In this document: positions 20,344 to 29,441 of the stretch, piece after piece
Layout: each line of letters opens with the position of its first letter
Position numbering within the stretch: position 1 is the first letter of the stretch
Assembly (NCBI GenBank): GCA_964627525.1
Contig: CAZVIA010000003.1
Location: 21,367 to 85,366 of the forward strand
Source of the DNA: an uncultured Gammaproteobacteria bacterium
Lineage (GTDB): Bacteria > Patescibacteriota > Patescibacteriia > Magasanikbacterales > JBBTQS01
DNA: 64,000 nt
Direction of reading: 5' to 3'
The notes under the pieces: generated by a model
The model's database searches: none
The model's input: the letters and a program-made list of their open reading frames with translations, nothing else
What the model was told of the DNA's origin: nothing
Position numbers and translations under genes: made by a program

Positions 20344-20775
20344 ATGAATTTTCAAATAGAAAATTGTGGTTTTTGCCAATATAATAAAACCAAAAATACA
20401 TTCAAAAAAATGAATTTTCAGCCAAGTGGAATTGAAGGTGGAGGTCAAAATAGCGCAGAAAGAGCTGGTTTTTGTAAAGATGGGAATAATCCAGAGACGT
20501 GCGAGACATGTAAAACAGAAAATGAAATTAAATTAATGGAAGCTCAAGCTGAAATTGATAATAGAGCAAAAATAGTGGACGCAGAAGCAGGTGAGTTAAG
20601 AGCACAAAGTATTAGGGCTACTGGTGAGCAAATGCATAGACAGATGGCAGATGATGCAGAAATGACTGCAAGGCAAATGGAGAGGTTTGGTTATGGAAAA
20701 GGTAAAGAAAGGTTAAATACATTTCATGACAAAAACGAAGAATTTTACGATCAAAGAGGTAGAAAAAAAGAATAA
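20344..20775 (+). CDS. Hypothetical protein, copy 2
   Basis: Identical to 19126..19557. Confidence 0.65.
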   Translation: MNFQIENCGFCQYNKTKNTFKKMNFQPSGIEGGGQNSAERAGFCKDGNNPETCETCKTENEIKLMEAQAEIDNRAKIVDAEAGELRAQSIRATGEQMHRQMADDAEMTARQMERFGYGKGKERLNTFHDKNEEFYDQRGRKKE

Positions 20776-20845
20776 TAGTTATATAAGGTTATTAAACAGA
20801 AGTTTTTTTGTTTGTGTTAATATAGTAAATATTTAATCAAAAACC

Positions 20846-21418
20846 ATGAGAGGAGAAAGAAGACCTGGAGAAGGTTCTAATGCGCGTGAGTTTAAAGCGC
20901 CCTCATCACTTTCTGAAGAAGATCATTATTCTACTTTGGGAGTTTCTAGAAATTCTAGCCCTGCTGAACTTAAAGCAGCTTATCGTGCGTTGGCACAAAT
21001 CCATCATCCAGATAAAGGTGGTAATGAGGAAGATTTTAAACTTGTTGGTCAAGCTTTTGAAGTTCTTAGTGATCCAGGTCAGCGTGAGACATATGATCTT
21101 ACTAAGTTTGCGCCTAGCAGTCCTGAACAACAAACATACGAAACAGGTGTTAGGCAGCCTACTGAAGAAGAAAAGAGAAGAATGGATGAGGAACTTGCCA
21201 AAGATAGAGCCAGAAGAGAAAAAGAGAGAAAAGAGAGAAAAGAAAAATGGAGAAAAGAACATCCAGAACTTGCAAGACAGCAAGATGAAATTGGGGCAGC
21301 TAAAAAAGAAGCAGTAAGCCAAGTAAAGGAAGATTTAGCCAAAGCAAAGGAAGATTTAGCAAAAATGAAAACTGATTTAAGAGCTAGGGCAGCTGAAATG
21401 AAAAGTAAACGGTTCTAA
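20846..21418 (+). CDS. J-domain protein, copy 2
   Basis: Identical to 19628..20200. Confidence 0.9.
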   Translation: MRGERRPGEGSNAREFKAPSSLSEEDHYSTLGVSRNSSPAELKAAYRALAQIHHPDKGGNEEDFKLVGQAFEVLSDPGQRETYDLTKFAPSSPEQQTYETGVRQPTEEEKRRMDEELAKDRARREKERKERKEKWRKEHPELARQQDEIGAAKKEAVSQVKEDLAKAKEDLAKMKTDLRARAAEMKSKRF

Positions 21419-21459
21419 TATTAACATTACCTATCTCAATTTTTACTTGAACTTAGTAG

Positions 21460-21495
21460 TGTTCACTATTGTAGAGGATGTTAGAACTGGGTTTT
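21460..21495 (+). repeat. 36-bp att-like repeat R5 (2 mismatches)
   Basis: TGTTCACTATTGTAGAGGATGTTAGAACTGGGTTTT. Confidence 0.95.
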
Positions 21496-21553
21496 ATTTG
21501 ACTTGATTTAGTAAATATGCTAATTTCAATATAGATTACAATTTAATATAAAC

Positions 21554-21649
21554 GTATCCAGAGAGTAGAGATGTTAAGGGAATTGACCCAAAGCTCTACC
21601 CGCAACCTATTTGTTTAGGTGCGAAATTCAACCCTATTGGGATAGATAC
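21554..21649 (+). promoter_or_regulatory. SAM-I (S-box) riboswitch aptamer
   Basis: P1 GTATC/GATAC, AGAG junction, P2 GTAGAG/CTCTAC, GGG-AATTGA-CCC loop able to pair with AATTC, P3 CGCAACC...GGTGCG, P4 CCC-TATT-GGG; promoter TTGACT-17-TAATTT at 21498-21526; terminator-like hairpin at 21668-21694. Confidence 0.75.
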
Positions 21650-21797
21650 TAGGAATCACTGGATGACGTCGCCCTTAAGGTGACTTTTTATTTTAGTTAT
21701 CAAGGTCATCTTGTGGGCGACATCATCAAAAAACAGCCTTGCATCAATTCCGATGCAAGGTGTTGTTTTTTGTAAAAAGCCCAAAAAGAGAGTGACT

Positions 21798-21962
21798 ATG
21801 GCCTGGGAAGGAATGAGAAAGTGTGTTTTCTGTCGCAGTGCTTGGTGTAAGTGTGGAAATCTGAGAAGAGAAAGAGAAAGGGTAAAGGCTGGTGGGAAGA
21901 GAAATAAATCAAGAACCTACACCAACAAGACTCCTCGGCTAGGGATTGTGAGGGTAAACTAA
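21798..21962 (+). CDS. 54-aa Cys-rich basic small protein
   Basis: MAWEGMRKCVFCRSAWCKCG...; terminator hairpin AAGAAAACCG...CGGTTTTTCTT downstream. Confidence 0.5.
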   Translation: MAWEGMRKCVFCRSAWCKCGNLRRERERVKAGGKRNKSRTYTNKTPRLGIVRVN

Positions 21963-22023
21963 ATAAACAACACAAACAAGAAAACCGTTGTGTATAACAC
22001 ATAGCGGTTTTTCTTTTAAAAAA

Positions 22024-22059
22024 TGTTCACTATTGTGAAGGATGTTAGAACTGGGTTTT
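22024..22059 (+). repeat. 36-bp att-like repeat R6 (consensus)
   Basis: TGTTCACTATTGTGAAGGATGTTAGAACTGGGTTTT. Confidence 0.95.
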
Positions 22060-22118
22060 GTGTACCCCATGGTGTGTAACACTATATTATTTAGATTGGG
22101 TATGTCATTTCTATTTTC

Positions 22119-22910
22119 TTAACAGAGGATGTCAAGATCAGTTTTAGTGGCATTGCCAGTCCAATGTATAATTTTTCTTTCCAAAATACTGAATAATTTG
22201 TTCAGAGTAAAACCTAATAATCCGACAATAATTATATAAGCATAAAGTTCAGCGATTTTATAAGTAATGTAACTGTCGTAAATTTTTTGTCCTAAACCAA
22301 ATTTTGTTCCTATAAACATTTCTGTAACCACTACCACAATTAATGCTAAAGAGATTGCTACTCGTAAACCGATTGCAATTTGAGGCAGTGCAGCAGGAAT
22401 AATTATTCTTTTGATCAGCTGATATTTCGATGCATTATATATTTTTCCAACTTTAATCATTAGATGGTGGATATTCCAAACACCGAGTATTGTGTTTATT
22501 TGTATAATCCAAAAGCAAATAAAGACAGTAATAACTATTTTTGATAAGTCTCCAATTCCAAAGAATAGCAAAAATAAAGGGAAAAGAGCTGTGGCAGGAA
22601 GTGCGCGAAAGAATTCAATAGTTCCTTCTAAAAGAGAAAAGAGTTTTTTGTTTAGTCCAATTATAATTCCACACGATATGCCAAAGAAAGCGGCAATGAG
22701 AAATCCTGTAAAAGTTCTATAAAATGTTTCTTGTAAATCAATTAAGTAGTCATGACTCACAATGATGAGAAAGACTTCTTTTATGTTTGGAAGATAGAAT
22801 TGATTTATCTTGAATAGATAATTTGAAGCTGCCCAAATTAATAAGAACGAGATAGGTATCAAAAGAGGGGTGATGAATTTTTTACATTTTAATAGTTTAG
22901 TTTTCATCAT
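22119..22910 (-). CDS. NitT/TauT-family ABC transporter permease
   Basis: P..ALFPLF.LFFGIG; IIPAALPQI..GLR...VTEM. Confidence 0.9.
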   Translation of the reverse strand: MMKTKLLKCKKFITPLLIPISFLLIWAASNYLFKINQFYLPNIKEVFLIIVSHDYLIDLQETFYRTFTGFLIAAFFGISCGIIIGLNKKLFSLLEGTIEFFRALPATALFPLFLLFFGIGDLSKIVITVFICFWIIQINTILGVWNIHHLMIKVGKIYNASKYQLIKRIIIPAALPQIAIGLRVAISLALIVVVVTEMFIGTKFGLGQKIYDSYITYKIAELYAYIIIVGLLGFTLNKLFSILERKIIHWTGNATKTDLDILC

Positions 22911-23886
22911 TGGCTTTTTTTAAGTACCGTGGCTCTATTAAGTTTATGTAGTCAATTTTTTGTTTAGGATCAAACCATTCTTTTTCTAGTGTCAATTCAT
23001 CAAGTAAATCATCTTCGAGACTAATTTTAAAAGTATATTTATCCCAACTATCTTTAAGCTGGTCTTTATCCATTCCAGTTATATCAGAGACTATTTCTAT
23101 TGATTTGTTTCGATCTTGTTGGATAAAGTCAGTCGCATCAATTAAAGCTTTTTGAAATGCAATTATTGTTGTCTGGTTAGCCTCATTTTCAAGAAAAGAA
23201 TCAGTTGCCATTGTTAGATATGGTAAGGCATGCAATCCTTTTTCTTTGCCAAAAATTATTATTTTGTCAGCTCCGATTAAATTAGTTGTGTTTGTTATAA
23301 ATGGTTCCCATGCACAGAAAGCATCGAGCTCCTTATTTTGTAGTGCACTTGGTAATGCTAGTGGCTGATTAAGTTTAATCAATTCATAAGTATCTTTTTC
23401 AATTCCAACTTCCTTTAGAGTATTGATAATAGCTAATTGTGTTATTGTTCCTTTTACATAACCAATCTTTTTGTTTTGTAAGTCAGATAATGTATTAATG
23501 TTTGAATCAATTCGTGCAATTATTTGAAAATCATCAGCCAATGTGACTTGATTAATTATTTTTACATCTCCTCTCTGAAATGAAAAATGCACAAAAGGAG
23601 TAACTCCAGTTGATGCAAATTGAGCTTTATTAGATGTTAGTGCATGCAGTGTTTCAAGACCTGTTGTAAAATAAACCATCTCAACATCTAGACCGTTTTT
23701 TTTAAAGAATTCTTTTTCCTTGGCGATGATATATGGTGCTGCCAAAGGAATTTTATGTGTAGCAAAAACAATAGAGCGTGTTTCTTGTTGAGATTCTTGA
23801 ATCGAATTGTTGGGTAAGAGATAGAATAGTCCAAAAATGGCTATTAAAGATAATATTACAAGTATTGGGTAGAGAATTTTTTTCAT
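22897..23886 (-). CDS. NitT/TauT (SsuA-like) substrate-binding protein
   Basis: IAKEKEFFKKNGLDVE, DL..KKIG, WEPF; N-terminal anchor. Confidence 0.85.
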   Translation of the reverse strand: MKKILYPILVILSLIAIFGLFYLLPNNSIQESQQETRSIVFATHKIPLAAPYIIAKEKEFFKKNGLDVEMVYFTTGLETLHALTSNKAQFASTGVTPFVHFSFQRGDVKIINQVTLADDFQIIARIDSNINTLSDLQNKKIGYVKGTITQLAIINTLKEVGIEKDTYELIKLNQPLALPSALQNKELDAFCAWEPFITNTTNLIGADKIIIFGKEKGLHALPYLTMATDSFLENEANQTTIIAFQKALIDATDFIQQDRNKSIEIVSDITGMDKDQLKDSWDKYTFKISLEDDLLDELTLEKEWFDPKQKIDYINLIEPRYLKKANDEN

Positions 23887-23905
23887 ATGTTTATTTAATT
23901 ATTGG

Positions 23906-24661
23906 TTATAATTGATTAAGATATGACAATAAAATTTTATTTTTAAATGTTGCAAAGTTTGAACTACCAATGATTTTTGTGTTTCTTGGATAAGGTAGTG
24001 GATTTTTAAATATATTTGATATGGTTGTTGGTTTATTGCTTAATAGAACAATTTTTTGTGCCAGAAAAATCGCTTCATCTATATCATGAGAAACATATAT
24101 TGTAGTGATCTTTTTTTTCATCCATATATCATGTAGTTTTGTTAATAAAAATAATTTTGTTTGATAATCAAGTGACGAAAGAGGTTCATCAAGTAGATAT
24201 AAGTCTGGTTCAATAATTAATCCTCGTAAAATAGATATCATTTGTTGTTGCCCACCACTTAGTTGATAAGGGTATTGATTGAGATCTGTGTTTATGTTTA
24301 AGTTTTTACATATTTGGGAAAAAAGTTTTTTTTGCTCCAACTTGTTAATGTGTCTTAGTTTGAGAGGGAATAGTATATTGTCTTTTACTTTAAGCCAAGG
24401 GAAAAGTGATTTTCTGTAATCTTGGAATACCATTGCAATATTAGGTTTTTTCTTATTTTGGTTATTAATAGAAAACACTCCATTTGTTGCTTTGGTCAAA
24501 TTACTTATTATTTCAAGTAAGGTAGTCTTTCCACATCCGTTTGGACCTAAGAGAGCAACAAATTCACCTTGTTGAATGTTTAGATTTATCTGTTTGAGAA
24601 CCTCGACAGGGTGGTCTTTGTTTGAAGTGTAATTTTTACTAATATTAGTTAGTTTAAGCAT
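23906..24661 (-). CDS. NitT/TauT ABC transporter ATP-binding protein
   Basis: GPNGCGKTT, LSGGQQQ, LLDEP, SHD. Confidence 0.92.
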   Translation of the reverse strand: MLKLTNISKNYTSNKDHPVEVLKQINLNIQQGEFVALLGPNGCGKTTLLEIISNLTKATNGVFSINNQNKKKPNIAMVFQDYRKSLFPWLKVKDNILFPLKLRHINKLEQKKLFSQICKNLNINTDLNQYPYQLSGGQQQMISILRGLIIEPDLYLLDEPLSSLDYQTKLFLLTKLHDIWMKKKITTIYVSHDIDEAIFLAQKIVLLSNKPTTISNIFKNPLPYPRNTKIIGSSNFATFKNKILLSYLNQL

Positions 24662-24744
24662 ATTTGTCTTTATATACTTTACAATACTATACTAATCTAG
24701 TATGTTAAATAGTGTCGTCGACATGCGACAACAAATATAAATTT

Positions 24745-25560
24745 ATGCTTGAAAAGGTATTTATTAAATTAAATTTGGATGAAAAACATACTAGGGTTTA
24801 CTTAACACTTTTTGAAGAGAGTGTTTCGACTGCTGGTAAATTATCAAAGAAGTTAAGTATTCCTCGTTCTACTTTGTATGGTTTGCTATATGATTTAAAT
24901 AAAAAAGGCTTGGTAATTCAAAGTGAAAAACAAGGAATAAAAGTATGGCAGGCTGAATCACCTGATAAGTTAAAACATTTAATCAATAATGAAATTAATA
25001 ATTTGGAAGATTTAAATTTGAACTTATCTACATTAATTACTGAATTGAAAAACAAGGAAAAACAAGATTTTGTTAGTCCTAAATTTAGCTATTTTGAAGG
25101 TCCTGATGCTTTAAGGCAAATGCTTAAAGATGTGTTATGTTATAGAAATATCGATACTATTGCTTTTTGGCCAATTAGTGAAATGATAAAAATATTAGGA
25201 AAAGATTTTTTTATATATTCTAATAAGGAAAGAATTAAGCGTAACATTTCTGCAAAAGTACTTTGGCCAAATGATAGGCAGGTGGATTTAAAAGATAATG
25301 TATTTTTAGGAGTGGGGAATGATTTTAAAAGAGAAATTAGAATTGCTCCCAAAAACATAGATTGTTCTATGGGATATTGGGCATATGAAAACAAAGCAGC
25401 TTTTTTGTCTTCAAAAAAAGAAAGCTTTGGTTTTATTGTTGAAAGTGTTGAATTAAAGCAGTTGTTAGAAACTCAATTTAATGTTTTGTGGGAATTATCA
25501 AAGTCTATAAAACCACAAAAAGCTCACACACAAAAATTTATTAATGAGCTGAACTTGTAA
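24745..25560 (+). CDS. TrmB-family transcriptional regulator, divergent from the ABC operon
   Basis: VYL.L, PRSTLY..L..L.KKGLV, PKFSYFEG. Confidence 0.85.
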   Translation: MLEKVFIKLNLDEKHTRVYLTLFEESVSTAGKLSKKLSIPRSTLYGLLYDLNKKGLVIQSEKQGIKVWQAESPDKLKHLINNEINNLEDLNLNLSTLITELKNKEKQDFVSPKFSYFEGPDALRQMLKDVLCYRNIDTIAFWPISEMIKILGKDFFIYSNKERIKRNISAKVLWPNDRQVDLKDNVFLGVGNDFKREIRIAPKNIDCSMGYWAYENKAAFLSSKKESFGFIVESVELKQLLETQFNVLWELSKSIKPQKAHTQKFINELNL

Positions 25561-25611
25561 ATAGTTCTAATTTCCACATAAGTTATTTCGATTATCCTTT
25601 AAGTTTACAAA

Positions 25612-25652
25612 AATGGTTTCCACTTTTGGATGCGCTCAGAACTATGAATTGA
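25612..25652 (+). other. Putative distal attachment site (attL-like) of the serine-recombinase element
   Basis: AATGGTT core shared with the tRNA junction at 33816-33822; AGAACT in the same register as in the 36-bp repeats. Confidence 0.65.
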
Positions 25653-25830
25653 GGTAATTATAAAGATTTTTTCAAGGTGACTAACCTTTCAATTGAAGAA
25701 GTTTTTGTTTGATTATTTCTTTTAGACCTGCTTTTTCTAATTTTATTTTTTTGTTTGTAAGAGATTATACCTAAAATTTCTACTATGAATCCTATTAATG
25801 TTCCTGTGATCGATAATTTTTATATTAAAA

Positions 25831-26901
25831 TTAACTATTACCTTTTTTAATATTACAAGGTCTACACAAGAGTTGTGCATTTGAAAGCACTGTTCTACCC
25901 CCTTTACTCCACGGATCTACGTGATCCATAGAAAGCTCTTCAGTGTAAAAGTATTTATTACAAATTTTGCATTTATATTTGCCTTCATTGTTAGGCTTTT
26001 GTTTTTTTAAGAATTCTTTTTTATCATCAATAGAAAATAGTCGTTTATCATCAACACTAATATTTTTCACTATAGCTTGGATAATGTCTTCGATCTCCTG
26101 TGCCTTATTAGTCAACTTTGCATCATCGCTTTTTAAATATTTTTTGACTCTTAAATTAATTTCATCTTTATTCTTTTTCCATATTACTGAATCTTTGATA
26201 TATTTTCTGGCCAAGTTGAAATAAATATCCAACTGGCCATAACTGTTAAATATATTACTTATAAATTTAATGTATTTAGTAATATCTTTTTGATCAGTAA
26301 CAAACGATTCATTTTGGTTTTGACTTACATAATCATTTATATTAGCTGTGTCTTTTGGTAAATTTCTTAAGATCATTAGTAGTTTTAATATTTTATATTG
26401 ATTTTTTCCACGACTATTAGAGCCCAACACTTTTATGGCATCTCTGTCTTGTTTTGCGTATGTAGATAACCCTCTTAAATATTCACCATAAAAAAGACCA
26501 TTTAACACTTCGTAGTTAGATAAAGGTACGCCTAAGGTGTTTATTCTTCTAAAGATTTCTCTTTTCAACTCCTCCTTTCCTTCACAAATTATTATTGAGA
26601 GTTCGGTTTTATTTATTATTTCTTGAGTTTTTTTGTCTGTCTGTTTCCAAAGTTTTTCCTCGAATAGTATGTCATTTTCAATGAATTTTTTTATTGCTTC
26701 AATTCTTTGTTTTCCATCTAAAACTTCTAGTATGCCCTTTTTATTTTTCCAAAAGTAAAAAGCTGGCAATGGAATTCCTTTAACAATACTGTCTACAACC
26801 AATATTTGCTTATTAGTGTCGTAGACAATTTCCCTTTGAAGTTCAATATCACTAATAATTTTGCCATCCCTTACTTCCTCGTATAAGTGTTTTATGTTCA
26901 T
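25831..26901 (-). CDS. DUF262 (GmrS/ParB-like) domain + HNH endonuclease
   Basis: LQRE...DSI..GIPLP...LDGKQR...IFRRINT; C-terminal CKIC...DHVDPWSKGG.T..SNAQLLC..CN. Confidence 0.85.
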   Translation of the reverse strand: MNIKHLYEEVRDGKIISDIELQREIVYDTNKQILVVDSIVKGIPLPAFYFWKNKKGILEVLDGKQRIEAIKKFIENDILFEEKLWKQTDKKTQEIINKTELSIIICEGKEELKREIFRRINTLGVPLSNYEVLNGLFYGEYLRGLSTYAKQDRDAIKVLGSNSRGKNQYKILKLLMILRNLPKDTANINDYVSQNQNESFVTDQKDITKYIKFISNIFNSYGQLDIYFNLARKYIKDSVIWKKNKDEINLRVKKYLKSDDAKLTNKAQEIEDIIQAIVKNISVDDKRLFSIDDKKEFLKKQKPNNEGKYKCKICNKYFYTEELSMDHVDPWSKGGRTVLSNAQLLCRPCNIKKGNS

Positions 26902-27905
26902 ATTTTTGGATTTTTAAACAAGTCCTTGTTTTTTATTATTATTCTTTCAAAAGGTGCTTTAAATGGCTTTCCGTCTTTTTCAATCCATAGTGTCGCTTTG
27001 TCTCCTTTAAATCTAATGGTTTTTTCAACCTGCACACCTTTACCTATAATTTCAAATTGGTCAGGGTTATATTTTGTTAAAAATGTTATTGGAACTCCCA
27101 TCTCGCCTTTATAATCATATGGTATGTTTTTTGTTTTGTTGACATCAATTCCATTGTAATTATAGTAATTTGGATATTTCTCGGAGTCGTAAGATTCGGT
27201 CAATATCATTCTGTCGTGACGATACGATACATCTAGGTTTGTATACCATTTACATGCTCTAGGCACAGAACCTTCTGGGTTTTTTGAAAGTAGTAGAGTA
27301 TTATCAATTAAACGAAAGCCAGTTAACTGCTTGGCGTAACCAAGCCACATTTTGTCGTCTTTTATGTGACTAAAGATTTCTTTATATGTTATGGCTGTTA
27401 AGGGGCCAATGACTAAAAAATTCATTTTATTTTTAAACATTGTGTCAATGAATTCTCTAAATTGACTAAATGGCGGGTTTGTTATTACTAAGTCATATTT
27501 TGAATAATCAACATCCTGAAATTTAACACCTTTACCTGTTGCAGGATTATATCCGCTGGCAGAAATAGATGATATGTCATAAGTGTCAGCGTGAGCCACT
27601 AGAAATTTAACAAAATTACATTTAATCAAAGACAACTCTTTTTCTATTTTCTTTTTTGATGCTTTAATATTTATTTTTTTTATTGTTCCTCCGCTGTCTA
27701 GTAGATTTGATGGGGTGATGTAACCTTCTTCTTTGAAAACAATTTCTTCTTCATAACTTTCATCCCAATCACAAGGGCATAATATTCTTTTACTTTTTAG
27801 TTGCTCCTTATATAAAGAAACTTCTTTTGATATGTCTTCGTATAAAGTGTAGAATTCATCGTCCTTGGCCTTATTTGCTTTGTATAGTGATTTTTTAGTG
27901 CCCAT
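26898..27905 (-). CDS. Adenine-specific DNA methyltransferase, EcoRI-methylase family
   Basis: KDDEFYT, CPCD, VITNPPFS.FREF, GEMGVPITFL.KYNP.QFEI. Confidence 0.88.
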   Translation of the reverse strand: MGTKKSLYKANKAKDDEFYTLYEDISKEVSLYKEQLKSKRILCPCDWDESYEEEIVFKEEGYITPSNLLDSGGTIKKINIKASKKKIEKELSLIKCNFVKFLVAHADTYDISSISASGYNPATGKGVKFQDVDYSKYDLVITNPPFSQFREFIDTMFKNKMNFLVIGPLTAITYKEIFSHIKDDKMWLGYAKQLTGFRLIDNTLLLSKNPEGSVPRACKWYTNLDVSYRHDRMILTESYDSEKYPNYYNYNGIDVNKTKNIPYDYKGEMGVPITFLTKYNPDQFEIIGKGVQVEKTIRFKGDKATLWIEKDGKPFKAPFERIIIKNKDLFKNPKI

Positions 27906-27924
27906 ATAAATTTATTTTGGGCAA

Positions 27925-28080
27925 ACAAAAAAGGGTGCCCGAGTTGCGAACACACCTTTCAGAATCCTTGCGGATCCCTACAAGCGGTTTTCGGGACACC
28001 CATCTCTACGCTCGTAGAGCGGGTGCCAAAAAAGACCCAAAATCCGCATTAAATTTTTAATTCTGAAAAATGTGTTCGCA
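27925..28080 (-). promoter_or_regulatory. Structured 5' leader of the MTase-nuclease operon
   Basis: Nested inverted repeats TGCGAACACA/TGTGTTCGCA, TTTCAGAAT/ATTCTGAAA, TGCGGAT/ATCCGCA; loop complementary to the 3' flank ahead of a U-run. Confidence 0.6.
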
Positions 28081-28159
28081 CTAATATGATAACAGAAATG
28101 TACATATAAAGTAAATGTGCATATTGATTTTTCTACCATTTTTGTTATGGTTTAGGTAA

Positions 28160-29296
28160 ATGAAAATTAAAATTATTATGGATATAACAGATATCGAAAA
28201 TGAATTGAATTCCTTGTATAAGAGTGCAAAGCGTTCTATTGAAAAAGGCTTGTCTTTTGATGTGTGCGTAGATATATACAAATATATAGATTTCATTGAT
28301 AAAAATGAAATATTGCATAAAATAGCAATTGATATTATATCTGTGCGTGAACCATTGTCGGATGAAAATAGGAATCTTGTGGAGAAAACAAAGTATTCGA
28401 TAGTAAAAAAATATGATTTTGCTAAAAAATTTATAGATAGAAGTAATGATTTAGAATTATTAAAACTTTCAAAACAGTTTGTTGAATATTCCGACGAGAG
28501 ACAAACAGGTCTTCCTAGGGAGTTTGATAGGTGTAGGGTAATGCAAAGTAGTCTACACTCAATCATGCGTAGACTTGAACAACTCAATTTAACAAATGAG
28601 ATTTTTCAAAATGAGAATTGGTTGTTTTTAAATAAAAAAATGGATGAGTGTTTTAAGTTGCTTTTTGAATCAGAGAGAAAATTATCCCTAGAAGCAATAC
28701 TAGAACCTTGGGGCGCGTTTATAAAATTAAATGATATGCACACAGGTATTGAAGAGTATAGAGTGGGCAAAAGAGAATACGATGATGGTTTTTATGCATC
28801 AAGTGTTTCTATAATCAGAGATGAGTTTGATGAATTAAGAAATAATATTAAAAGTAACTATAGGTGGGTATTTGTGGATGAGGATTGGGGCAGGATTTTA
28901 GACCTGGTTCAAAAAGAATTTGTAAAGAGATTAGAAAATCAAAAACTCTATTTTATTACTAAAAAAGGAAAAAAGTTTTTTTATTTAAACAAACTGATTA
29001 ATTTTGATTACAAAAACCCGCCTAGATATTTAAGGTCATTTATTGTTTTGTTTAAACTTCAACCATTTGGCGGTTCTGTGTCTTATGATGAGTGCCTATT
29101 AAAGGCAAAAGAATTAGGTTTTTCAGATATTTTAGAAAAAAAAGACTTGCAGAATGACTTAACAGTTTATTCATCCAGTCTCTACAGGAACACTGGTCTC
29201 CCAGCTAAAAATGAAAATAGTGTTTACTTGATTAAGACCGATAGGAAACAAAAAGGTTTTTTATTTAACAATTCCATCATCATAAATAACAACTAG
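28160..29296 (+). CDS. Hypothetical protein (possible C-terminal winged helix)
   Basis: 378-aa ORF in the element. Confidence 0.7.
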   Translation: MKIKIIMDITDIENELNSLYKSAKRSIEKGLSFDVCVDIYKYIDFIDKNEILHKIAIDIISVREPLSDENRNLVEKTKYSIVKKYDFAKKFIDRSNDLELLKLSKQFVEYSDERQTGLPREFDRCRVMQSSLHSIMRRLEQLNLTNEIFQNENWLFLNKKMDECFKLLFESERKLSLEAILEPWGAFIKLNDMHTGIEEYRVGKREYDDGFYASSVSIIRDEFDELRNNIKSNYRWVFVDEDWGRILDLVQKEFVKRLENQKLYFITKKGKKFFYLNKLINFDYKNPPRYLRSFIVLFKLQPFGGSVSYDECLLKAKELGFSDILEKKDLQNDLTVYSSSLYRNTGLPAKNENSVYLIKTDRKQKGFLFNNSIIINNN

Positions 29297-29441
29297 TAAA
29301 GTCTTATTTACGCTAGTGGATGGCTATCAAAGTAGCTGTTTTTTTGTTTAATTTAAGCCTGTGTATGGGTGGTGTTAGTGTTTTGATAGCATAAGAAATA
29401 GGTTGGATACTAGAGATATTAATTATTAATATAATATTAAT

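Larger units (their letters stand above)
19024..21459 (+). repeat. Tandem duplication of a 1218-bp unit (19024-20241 and 20242-21459)
   Basis: Identical ORF pairs offset by 1218 bp; unit boundaries coincide with R3, R4 and R5. Confidence 0.95.

Noticed and set aside
19662-21342. Alternative-frame and antisense ORFs within the J-domain genes
   Set aside because: Low-complexity shadows of a purine-rich real CDS
17152-22059. CRISPR array (36-bp repeats with internal palindrome TTCAC-TATT-GTGAA)
   Set aside because: Spacers are 196-1604 bp, irregular and contain whole genes; no cas genes in the window
17152-25612. Classical integron with attC sites
   Set aside because: No tyrosine integrase (IntI); the repeats lack the RYYYAAC...GTTRRRY long imperfect palindrome; cassettes carry their own promoters in either orientation
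25650-25652. TGA recoding (genetic code 25 or 4)
   Set aside because: Many genes end in TGA and long ORFs are intact under code 11
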